A stretch of 51,953 bases of DNA. Origin: an uncultured Solibacteraceae bacterium. Its GTDB lineage: Bacteria > Acidobacteriota > Terriglobia > Bryobacterales > Bryobacteraceae. Positions within the stretch are counted from its first letter, which is position 1, and each line of letters starts with the position of its first letter. Below are positions 36,279-43,191 of the stretch, in pieces. The stretch is taken from positions 4,827-56,779 of the forward strand of contig CAZWDD010000002.1 in the NCBI GenBank assembly GCA_964632345.1. Direction: 5' to 3'. The notes under the pieces are model-generated. The model was not told the origin of the DNA and ran no database searches. It saw only the letters and a list, made by a program, of their open reading frames with translations. Made by a program: the position numbers and the translations under genes.

Positions 36279-37562
36279 TCAGGCGAACCATTTTCCCCAT
36301 GGCGCGCGCCAGTCGCGGCCCAGAACGCCTGCCTTTTCGCCTTCAATGCGCTCCGTTTCGCCGTTCCAGTGGAGTTTCCGCCCAAGCTTCACGGCCAGGT
36401 TACCGAGGTGGGCAACGATGGTGGCGCGGTGGCCGGTCAGCGCCGTGGCGCGCTGCTTTTCGGTGCCGCGGATGCAAGCGATGAAGTGCTGCGCATGGAC
36501 GGAGGTGGCGTCGGTGGTGTTCTTGCGACGCGGTTCGCTGCCGTCCTCAAAGTAGACCTCATAGCCGATGCGGTCACAGAAAATGGTCCCCCTGGCGCCA
36601 TAGTAGGCTTCGCCGTGGGGACGGTTATACTGGCCGCTCATGTTGTAGTAGCGGTGTCCGGGCGTGCGTCCGGGCGCGCCCTGTCCGTTCATCATCACGG
36701 CCTCATAGTTGAGGACGAAGCCGGGGTATTCGTAGGTGACCTGCAGCACATCGGGAATCTCGCCCACCCCCTGCAACCCGTAGCGCTGGGAGACGGCCGA
36801 GACGGTCGAAGGCATATCGGCGCCCATGATCTGGTGAACGGTGTCGAAGCGGTGGGTGCCGTAGTCGGTGATGAAGCCGCCCGAGTAGTCGAAGAACCAG
36901 CGGTAAGTGCCAAGAAAGCGGGCGCGGTCATAGGGCACCAGCGGCGCGGGGCCGCAGTAGAAATCCCAGTCGAGATCGGGCGGTTGCGTCGTGTTGTCGA
37001 GTCCGCGCGGGATGATGGGCCGCAGCCGCGCGTTCACCGCGTTCCAGATTTTGACGTAGCGGACATCGCCGATGAGTCCGCCGGCGATCATCTGCTGCAC
37101 GTCCTGGTAGTGCGCCGCCGAGCGCTGCTGCGTGCCGGTGAGGAACAACGTCTTCGCTCTCGCGGCCTCCTGCACCATCACCTGCTGCTCGCGGATGTTG
37201 TGGGCCAGCGGCTTTTCACAGTAGACGTGCTTGCCGGCGCGCAGCGCCTCGATGGCCGGGATGGCGTGCCAGTGGTCCGGGGTCCCGATCAGGACGGCGT
37301 CGATGTCCCGGCTCTCCAGCAGACGGCGGAAGTCGGAGTAGACCTGCCCGCCCGGCCCGAGCGCGGCGCGTGCCTTTTCGGCGTTGGTTTTGTAGACGTC
37401 GGCGAAGGCCGTGAATTCGCCGCCCGGCGCCTGGCGCATGAAGTTGGCGACGTAGGACCCGCGGCCGCCGCAACCGATCAGCCCGATGCGCACCCGCTCA
37501 TTGGCGCCATACACCGCGGCCGCGCTCGCCGCCGTCACTGTCACGAAACTCCGGCGTTTCAT
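36279..37562 (-). CDS. Gfo/Idh/MocA family oxidoreductase, TAT signal
   Basis: Track ORF 36279..37778 trimmed to ATG 37562 (MKRRSFVTVTAASAAAVYG). It has the Rossmann motif IGLIGCGGRG, plus TPDHWH and EKPL. Confidence 0.85.
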   Translation of the reverse strand: MKRRSFVTVTAASAAAVYGANERVRIGLIGCGGRGSYVANFMRQAPGGEFTAFADVYKTNAEKARAALGPGGQVYSDFRRLLESRDIDAVLIGTPDHWHAIPAIEALRAGKHVYCEKPLAHNIREQQVMVQEAARAKTLFLTGTQQRSAAHYQDVQQMIAGGLIGDVRYVKIWNAVNARLRPIIPRGLDNTTQPPDLDWDFYCGPAPLVPYDRARFLGTYRWFFDYSGGFITDYGTHRFDTVHQIMGADMPSTVSAVSQRYGLQGVGEIPDVLQVTYEYPGFVLNYEAVMMNGQGAPGRTPGHRYYNMSGQYNRPHGEAYYGARGTIFCDRIGYEVYFEDGSEPRRKNTTDATSVHAQHFIACIRGTEKQRATALTGHRATIVAHLGNLAVKLGRKLHWNGETERIEGEKAGVLGRDWRAPWGKWFA

Positions 37563-37581
37563 GGCAGCCAATATACCGGAG

Positions 37582-38346
37582 TCAGCGCCAGAACCGGAAC
37601 CAGCGGCCGCCCGGCTCCGGCGGCGGCAGCGGCCCGGCCGGAACCTCGCGGCCCTCGATGGCGGCACGCGGATGGGTCGTGAGCAGCAGTTCGGCGTAGG
37701 TGGCGCCGTAGCGGTCCGCGACGTGGTCGCGGACGCCGTCCAGCCGGGTGGACCGGCGGTCCAGGTCGTGCGCGTCACTGGCCAGAAAGTGCACCAGTCC
37801 GCGCTCCAGCAACTGCTCGGCGTACTTGCGCGCGTCGCTGCCGAAGGTGCCGAGCAGCGATCCGCCCGTCACCTGAAGATACGCGCCGCTCTCCACCCAG
37901 CGCTCCACCCGCGCTACGTCCTTCCGCAGCAGCCAGTTCCGCTCCGGGTGCGTCACGATGATGCCCATGCCCGCCGCGCGCAGGCGGGAGAAGATCTCTT
38001 CGGTGTTCGGGAAGATCACCATGTCGCTGAACTCCACCAGCAGCCAGCCCAGCCCGTTGATGGAGAACCGGCGGGGATCGGCCACCGCCTCTTGAATGTT
38101 GTCCAGTTTCAGGTGGAAGTCGCAGCCGGTGTGGATGCGGATGCGGTCCTCGAGGCGGGCCTGCAGCTCCTGGCGCCGGGTGGCGATCAACTCAGGCAGG
38201 AAGGCGTAGGTGGTGTCGGCGTGCGGGGTCGCCACGATGTCCGTGGTCCCCGCCGCGGCCGCCATCTCCACCATGGCCACGCTCGCTTCCAGTGAACGGG
38301 CCCCGTCGTCCAACCCCCAGAGAATATGGGAGTGGATATCAACCAT
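37582..38346 (-). CDS. CpsB/YwqE-type PHP-domain protein-tyrosine phosphatase
   Basis: 254-aa ORF with MVDIHSHILWGLDDG, ATPH, THPER and ASDAHD metal-binding blocks. It overlaps the upstream gene by 8 nt. Confidence 0.8.
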   Translation of the reverse strand: MVDIHSHILWGLDDGARSLEASVAMVEMAAAAGTTDIVATPHADTTYAFLPELIATRRQELQARLEDRIRIHTGCDFHLKLDNIQEAVADPRRFSINGLGWLLVEFSDMVIFPNTEEIFSRLRAAGMGIIVTHPERNWLLRKDVARVERWVESGAYLQVTGGSLLGTFGSDARKYAEQLLERGLVHFLASDAHDLDRRSTRLDGVRDHVADRYGATYAELLLTTHPRAAIEGREVPAGPLPPPEPGGRWFRFWR

Positions 38347-39520
38347 CGATCTTTTTCAGCGACTCGTTCCACCGGGCCCGGACGCCGCGGCGGAGGGACT
38401 CCATGGCCATGCACATGGCTACGCTGGTGGCGTGGCCGGCCTCCACCGGAGCATTCGGATCCTTGCGGGACTTCGTGCACTCCAGGAAGTTGCGGATGTG
38501 GGAGCGGGTGGCCGAGTTGAAGGTGCCCGGCTCCACTTTGTGCACGGCAGGTTTCAACTCAATGGCCTTCGGGTCCTCGCGGTACAGCGCGTAGCTCTCG
38601 CGGCCGACATCGAAGCGGGCCTTGGAGCCGTTGTACTGCACCAGTTGATCCAGCGTGCCGGAGTAGCGCATGGCCTTGTAGCCGACGGTGAAGGTGGCCA
38701 GGAAGTTCTCCGGATACTCCAGGCACATGGTCGTCGTTTCCGGCACCTCGACGCCCTCCAGATTGGGCCGCCCGCCGCCCACCACGACGGCCGACGGAAT
38801 GCCGGCGTTCATGAACCAGTGGATGGCATCGACGATATGCGCCGCCTGGCCGATCATCAGGCCGCCGGAGTAGTCCCAGTAGTAATACCAGTTGAAGAAG
38901 CGGGCCGGGTCGGCATCGCGTTTTGGCGCCGTGCCGAGCCAGGCTTTCCAGTCGATATCACCCGTAAAGTTGCCCTTGCGGACGCTGGTCTGGTGGTTGT
39001 ACCACCAGCCATTCACCAGCCGCACATCGCCCACCTCGGCCGGCGTCAGCAGCTGCTTCGCCTCATGAAACAGCGGAAAGCTGCGGCGCTGCGTGCCCAC
39101 CTGGACAACGCGCTTCGTCCGGCGGACGGCCTCAATGACGCGGTAGCCCTCCTCCGGCGTATGAACCATGGGCTTTTCGACGTAGACATCCTTGCCGGCG
39201 TTCACCGCGTCGATGACCATCTGGGCGTGCCAGTGGTCTGGCGTGGCGACGATGACGACGTCGATCGACTTGTCCTCCAGCATCCGGCGGTAGTCGCTGA
39301 ACGGCTTCGCGCCGGTGGAGGCCACCTTCAGGCCGGCTTCCAGGTTGGGCTTGTAGACATCGCAGACCGCGCCCATTTCGACGCCGATCTCCTTGAACTC
39401 TCCCGTCAGCAGGCGGCCCCGCCCGCCGGAGCCGATGACCGCGCCGCGGATCCTGTCATTCGCTCCCAGGACTGCCGCGGCGGAAGCTGCCGTCGAAAGA
39501 AAACTACGCCGTATCATCAC
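38339..39520 (-). CDS. Gfo/Idh/MocA family oxidoreductase, TAT signal
   Basis: 393-aa ORF with a GTG start at 39520 or ATG at 39517 (MIRRSFLSTAASAAAVLG). It has GAVIGSGGRG, TPDHWH and EKPM. Confidence 0.85.
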   Translation of the reverse strand: MMIRRSFLSTAASAAAVLGANDRIRGAVIGSGGRGRLLTGEFKEIGVEMGAVCDVYKPNLEAGLKVASTGAKPFSDYRRMLEDKSIDVVIVATPDHWHAQMVIDAVNAGKDVYVEKPMVHTPEEGYRVIEAVRRTKRVVQVGTQRRSFPLFHEAKQLLTPAEVGDVRLVNGWWYNHQTSVRKGNFTGDIDWKAWLGTAPKRDADPARFFNWYYYWDYSGGLMIGQAAHIVDAIHWFMNAGIPSAVVVGGGRPNLEGVEVPETTTMCLEYPENFLATFTVGYKAMRYSGTLDQLVQYNGSKARFDVGRESYALYREDPKAIELKPAVHKVEPGTFNSATRSHIRNFLECTKSRKDPNAPVEAGHATSVAMCMAMESLRRGVRARWNESLKKIDG

Positions 39521-39540
39521 CTCACATCATCCCAAACTGC

Positions 39541-39972
39541 GTGAGGCCCGGCACTCTGTTACTGACGCACGCCGCCGCCACCTGGTTCATGACCGGCCTG
39601 ATCTGGGTGATCCAGGTGGTGCACTATCCGCTGTTCGCGCGCGTGGGCGCGGCGGGCTACCGCGAGTACCAGATGGCGCACCAGGGGTTGATCACGCTGG
39701 TGGTGGGGCCGGCGATGCTGGTGGAGGCCGCCGCGGCGCTGCTTCTGCTGCTGGAGCGGCGAGACGCGCTGACACTGGCCGGCGCGGCCCTGCTGGCGGC
39801 GGTGTGGGCGTCCACGATGTTTCTACAGGTGCCGGCGCACAGCGCGTTGAGCGCGGGATTCGACGCCGAGGCCCATGCGCGACTGGTGAACACGAACTGG
39901 ATCCGAACCATCGGGTGGACCACGCGGGGCCTGATCGCGCTTCTGCTGCTGGCGCGGAACGGCGTAAAATAG
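39541..39972 (+). CDS. small integral membrane protein (143 aa), family not recognised
   Basis: GTG start with four hydrophobic segments (WFMTGLIWVIQVV, LITLVVGPAMLVEAAAALLLLL, LAGAALLAAVWASTMFL, GLIALLLLA). It lies only 20 nt from the divergent gene. Confidence 0.5.
   Translation: MRPGTLLLTHAAATWFMTGLIWVIQVVHYPLFARVGAAGYREYQMAHQGLITLVVGPAMLVEAAAALLLLLERRDALTLAGAALLAAVWASTMFLQVPAHSALSAGFDAEAHARLVNTNWIRTIGWTTRGLIALLLLARNGVK
39965..39970 (+). promoter_or_regulatory. candidate -10 element TAAAAT, 7 nt before GTG 39978 (leaderless geometry)
   Basis: The sequence is TAAAAT, then agcgggc, then GTG. It overlaps the stop codon of the upstream membrane-protein gene. Confidence 0.35.
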
Positions 39973-39977
39973 CGGGC

Positions 39978-41237
39978 GTGAACCGCCGCACGTTTCTCCC
40001 GCTCAGCGCCGCGCCGCTGCTGGCTCAGCCGCCCGGCCGCAAGTACAAAACCGCTCTCATCGGCTCCGGCTGGTGGGGGATGAACATTCTGCGGGAGGCA
40101 ATCGCCTCGGGCGAGTGTTCCGTGGTAGGCCTGGCCGACCCCGACCCGGCGCAGATCGCCGCCGCGCAAACCGAGATCCGTAAGCTATCGAGCGACCAGC
40201 CGCGCGAGTACCGCGACTACCGTGAACTGCTGCGGAAGGAGCGGCCCGATATCGCCATCGTCGCCACGCCGGACCACTGGCACGCGCTGCCCACTATCGA
40301 CGCCGTGAAGGCCGGCGCGCATGTCTATGTGGAGAAGCCGATCAGCCATACCATCGACGAGGGCAAGGCCATGGTGCGCGCCGCCCGCGAGGCCGACCGC
40401 GAAGTGGTGGTGGGGCTGCACCGGCGCGTCTCGCCGCACTGCATCTCCGGCATGGAGTTTCTGAAGTCCGGCAAGGTGGGCAAGATCGGCATGGTGCGCC
40501 TGTTCGCGCACGCCGCCGGCGGACCGGGGCAGAAGTCGCCCGACTCCGAACCGCCGCCGGGAATGGATTGGGACCTGTGGCTGGGCCCGGCGCCGAAGCG
40601 GCCGTTCAACAAAGCCATCCACCCGCGCGGCTTCCGCCAGTTCCTGGATTTCGCCAACGGCACGCTGGGCGATTGGGGCGTCCACTGGTTCGACCAGTTG
40701 TTCTGGTGGACCGAGGAGACGCACCCCAAACGCGTCTACTCCACCGGCGGCCGGTTCGTGCGGCAGGACTCCACCGACGCGCCCGATACCCAGATCGTCG
40801 CGCTCGATTTCGAAGGCTTCAAGTGCACCTGGGAGCAGCGCCACTACGCCGGCAACAGCGCCGAGGCCACGCCCATCGGCGCCTATTTCTACGGCACCAA
40901 CGGCACCTTCCACCAGGGCTGGCGCGACGGCTGGACGTGGTTCCCGGCCAACAAGAACGAGAAGACCATCCACGTCGAGCCGCAGTTGAACTCGCCCGAC
41001 GGCCAGAACATCAAGGAGCTGTGGGCGGACTTCCTCGACGCCATCAAGAAGCGCCGCCGCCCGGTCCGCGACATCGAAATCGGCCACCACGCCACCGCCG
41101 CCAGCCTGCTGGGGATGATCAGCATGAAGCTGGGCCGGTCCATTGAATGGGACGGCAAACAGATTCCGAACGACCCGGCGGCGAATCAACTGCTGCGGCG
41201 GGCCTACCGCAAACCCTGGGAGTACCCGAAGGTCTAA
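39978..41237 (+). CDS. Gfo/Idh/MocA family oxidoreductase, TAT signal
   Basis: Track ORF 39393..41237 trimmed to in-frame GTG 39978 (MNRRTFLPLSAAPLLAQ). The sequence upstream of it overlaps two other genes. It has ALIGSGWWG, TPDHWH and EKPI. Confidence 0.85.
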   Translation: MNRRTFLPLSAAPLLAQPPGRKYKTALIGSGWWGMNILREAIASGECSVVGLADPDPAQIAAAQTEIRKLSSDQPREYRDYRELLRKERPDIAIVATPDHWHALPTIDAVKAGAHVYVEKPISHTIDEGKAMVRAAREADREVVVGLHRRVSPHCISGMEFLKSGKVGKIGMVRLFAHAAGGPGQKSPDSEPPPGMDWDLWLGPAPKRPFNKAIHPRGFRQFLDFANGTLGDWGVHWFDQLFWWTEETHPKRVYSTGGRFVRQDSTDAPDTQIVALDFEGFKCTWEQRHYAGNSAEATPIGAYFYGTNGTFHQGWRDGWTWFPANKNEKTIHVEPQLNSPDGQNIKELWADFLDAIKKRRRPVRDIEIGHHATAASLLGMISMKLGRSIEWDGKQIPNDPAANQLLRRAYRKPWEYPKV

Positions 41238-42268
41238 GCGAGCTGGACCACTGATTTCCCCACGCCGTCGCGATACGCTTCCAGATCCGCGAACGCCTTT
41301 TCGATATCGTCGAGCGGGCTGCGGTGGGTGACCACGGGCCCCAGGAAGGCAGGCCGTTCGGCGAGCAGTTCGATGGCCAGCGGCGTCTCGTTGTTGCTGC
41401 GGCGCACGTTGAACAGCGGGGCCTCCTTGCGGCGGAGTTCGTGAAAGTGGATGATGGGCTGCGCCTCGCTCGGAATGCCGGTGGCCACCACACGCCCGCC
41501 CTTGGCGACGGCGATGGCGGCGTGGTGCAGCGAACCTCCGCGCGTAACGCAATCGAGCACGGTCTCGACGCCGCGCCGGTGCGTGGCGGCCAGAATCTCG
41601 CGCGAGGGGTCCACTTCGGACGGGTCGATCACCACATCAGCGCCCATGGCGCGCGCCAGGTCCCGCCGGTGGGCAACGGGGTCAACCGCGTACACCCGGC
41701 GAACGCCCTGCATCTTGAGCATGGCGATCGTCAGGCTACCGATGGGTCCGCACCCGAAGACCGCGGCCGAGGCGCCGGGCGTGAGGTCGGCGAACCGCAG
41801 CGAGTGGAGCGCCACCGCCAGCGGCTCGAACAGCGTCCCTTCGGCCAGCCCGACGCCCGGCGGAATCGGCACCAGGCAGTGCTCCGGGACGGAGACGATA
41901 TCGCGGAAGTAGCCAGGGTCTGGGCCAGCCGAAAGGAACCGGATGTTATCGCACAGGTTGTGCCGCCCGGAGCGGCACATGGGGCAGTGGTAGCAGTAGA
42001 TGGCTGGCTCCAGAAAGGCGCGGTCGCCGGGCTGCCAGCCGGATACGCCGGGGCCGGTGGCCAGCACCGTCCCGGTAGGCTCGTGGCCTAGCACCATGGG
42101 AAACACGCTGGGGGTGTCCCCCACCGAACCTTCGGAAAAATTGTGAAGGTCCGAGCCACAGATACCGCAGTAGTGGACCCGGACCTGCACTTCGCCGGGC
42201 CCTGGGGCGTCCGGCGCGGCCTCCGTGATGTGGAAGCGATGTTGAGCGATGAGTTGAGCGATGCGCAC
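41234..42268 (-). CDS. zinc-dependent medium-chain dehydrogenase (sorbitol/threonine-dehydrogenase-like)
   Basis: 344-aa ORF with a GTG start placed directly after the upstream TAA. It has CGICGSDLH, GHEPTG, a structural-zinc Cys cluster (CYHCPMCRSGRHNLC), and the Rossmann motif VFGCGPIG. Confidence 0.88.
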   Translation of the reverse strand: MRIAQLIAQHRFHITEAAPDAPGPGEVQVRVHYCGICGSDLHNFSEGSVGDTPSVFPMVLGHEPTGTVLATGPGVSGWQPGDRAFLEPAIYCYHCPMCRSGRHNLCDNIRFLSAGPDPGYFRDIVSVPEHCLVPIPPGVGLAEGTLFEPLAVALHSLRFADLTPGASAAVFGCGPIGSLTIAMLKMQGVRRVYAVDPVAHRRDLARAMGADVVIDPSEVDPSREILAATHRRGVETVLDCVTRGGSLHHAAIAVAKGGRVVATGIPSEAQPIIHFHELRRKEAPLFNVRRSNNETPLAIELLAERPAFLGPVVTHRSPLDDIEKAFADLEAYRDGVGKSVVQLA

Positions 42269-42781
42269 TTATTTCTTAAACAGGTTCTCAAATGCGAGGC
42301 GTGCCGCGTGGACCGAGCGCGGAACGGAACGCTCCGGCGCGGCTGCCGCGGCGGCCACGGGCTTGGGCGGAGCGGGCGGCGGGTTGGAGTCCCGGGCGAT
42401 GGTGACGCGCGGGCTGAAGAGTTCGCAGGAGTTCACTTTATCCTTCGCCGCGATACGCTCCGGAATCTCCCGCGTGCACTGGAAGTGCGCGGCGGAATCG
42501 AAGAACGCGCACTGTTTGCAGCAGCGCAGAGTGGCGGCGCACTTGGGGCACGGCTCCGCGAAGTCGAATCCATCGGGCAGCGCGTAGGAACAGGCGAAGC
42601 AGCGCGACGCGGTAACGTTCCGCACCAGCCGTGGCAGCCGCGGCGCGGTGACGTCCATCACGTGCCGGGGCGGCGGAAAGTGCTCTGTCAGCGGCCGGCT
42701 GCCCGAGCCTGTTTTCGATTCCGTGCCGCCGGCGTTCCCGTCCTGGTAGCCGTGCTGGCGATATTTGCGATCCCCGTCCAT
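42269..42781 (-). CDS. Cys-rich (zinc-ribbon-like) small protein, 170 aa
   Basis: Track ORF 42269..42856 trimmed to ATG 42781, which has AGGAG 9 nt upstream. The product is MDGDRKYRQHGYQD... with CFAC, CPKC, CCKQC and two further Cys, plus a Pro/Ala-rich tail. Confidence 0.6.
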   Translation of the reverse strand: MDGDRKYRQHGYQDGNAGGTESKTGSGSRPLTEHFPPPRHVMDVTAPRLPRLVRNVTASRCFACSYALPDGFDFAEPCPKCAATLRCCKQCAFFDSAAHFQCTREIPERIAAKDKVNSCELFSPRVTIARDSNPPPAPPKPVAAAAAAPERSVPRSVHAARLAFENLFKK

Positions 42782-42802
42782 ATGAGAAAGCTCCTGCATT
42801 GA

Positions 42803-42851
42803 AATAAAAAAACAGCCCCTCCCCGGGCGCGGCGCGAGGGCCGGCAGCCGG
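42803..42851 (-). terminator. terminator-like GC-rich imperfect hairpin + U7 tract (terminator of an sRNA, or attenuator of the Cys-rich gene)
   Basis: The minus strand reads CCGGCUGCCGGCCCUCGCGCCGCGCCCGGGGAGGGGCUG, then UUUUUUUAUUUC. GCCCUC pairs with GAGGGGC with one bulge. It ends about 20 nt before the start codon at 42781. No coding gene lies upstream on this strand. Confidence 0.3.
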
Positions 42852-43117
42852 AGCACAAAACCAGAGTTTCAGGGAGAGAGACGAGGAAAGGTTAGACGGT
42901 GCAGGCGGGAAGGAAGAGAGCTTGCCTGGGGGGCCGTCCACTCACGTTGTACCACGAATACCCGGTGGGGGGAAGCGTGGGCTCGCCGTGGGCTGAAGGG
43001 GCTCGACCGGCGGCGCGGGCGATGCGGGGAGGGCAAGCAACCCTCTACTTCCAGCCTAGCGCGGGGCGTCAAGTTTTCGACCCCTCCGGCGAGCGCGCGA
43101 CCCACCGAAACCCGCAG

Positions 43118-43143
43118 ATATTGCGTGATTTACGCGATATTTT
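43118..43143. promoter_or_regulatory. imperfect 23-bp palindrome (ATATTGCGTGA-T-TTACGCGATAT) followed by TATTTT; second copy of the GCGTG-N4-ACGCGATA motif
   Basis: The arms at 43118-43128 and 43130-43140 match 9 of 11 as reverse complements. The site lies in the only AT-rich patch of the 410-nt intergenic region. TATTTT lies at 43138-43143. Confidence 0.4.
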
Positions 43144-43177
43144 GAAAAGCTGTGAACGATTCCGGCCGGACCGGGCG

Positions 43178-43183
43178 TAAGCT
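43178..43183 (+). promoter_or_regulatory. candidate -10 element TAAGCT, 8 nt before GTG 43192 (leaderless geometry)
   Basis: The sequence is TAAGCT, then ggtggcag, then GTG. The hexamer and spacing are the same as at 29175-29180 on the minus strand. Confidence 0.3.
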
Positions 43184-43191
43184 GGTGGCAG

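Noticed and set aside
42860-43130. Possible housekeeping ncRNA (RNase P RNA, SRP/4.5S RNA, tmRNA or 6S) in the long intergenic region. The prompts were GAGGAAAG, GGAAGGAAG and ACCGAAACCCGC strings.
   Set aside because: The RNase P P4 elements (GAGGAAAGUCCGGGC / ACAGAACCCGGCUUA) are not matched and cannot pair. The SRP domain IV motif and tetraloop are absent. There is no tRNA-like 3' end for tmRNA. The length is too short for RNase P. An Infernal scan would be needed to exclude weaker matches.
43118-43145. A XerC/XerD dif site near the apparent skew switch.
   Set aside because: The palindrome lacks the conserved ATAA-N6-TTATGT(T/A)AA core and has an odd-length centre. The near-identical motif at 31823-31842, in an ordinary promoter context, argues for a transcription-factor operator instead. 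It is kept only as a low-probability alternative.
42899-43180. A 93-aa ORF (+) inside the 410-nt intergenic island, plus 42869..43105(-) and 43056..43289(-).
   Set aside because: They use many codons rare elsewhere in the window (aga, agg, gga, cga, tta, ata). Third-position usage is opposite to neighbouring + strand genes. The composition is arbitrary, with no RBS or -10 geometry. They are treated as noncoding.
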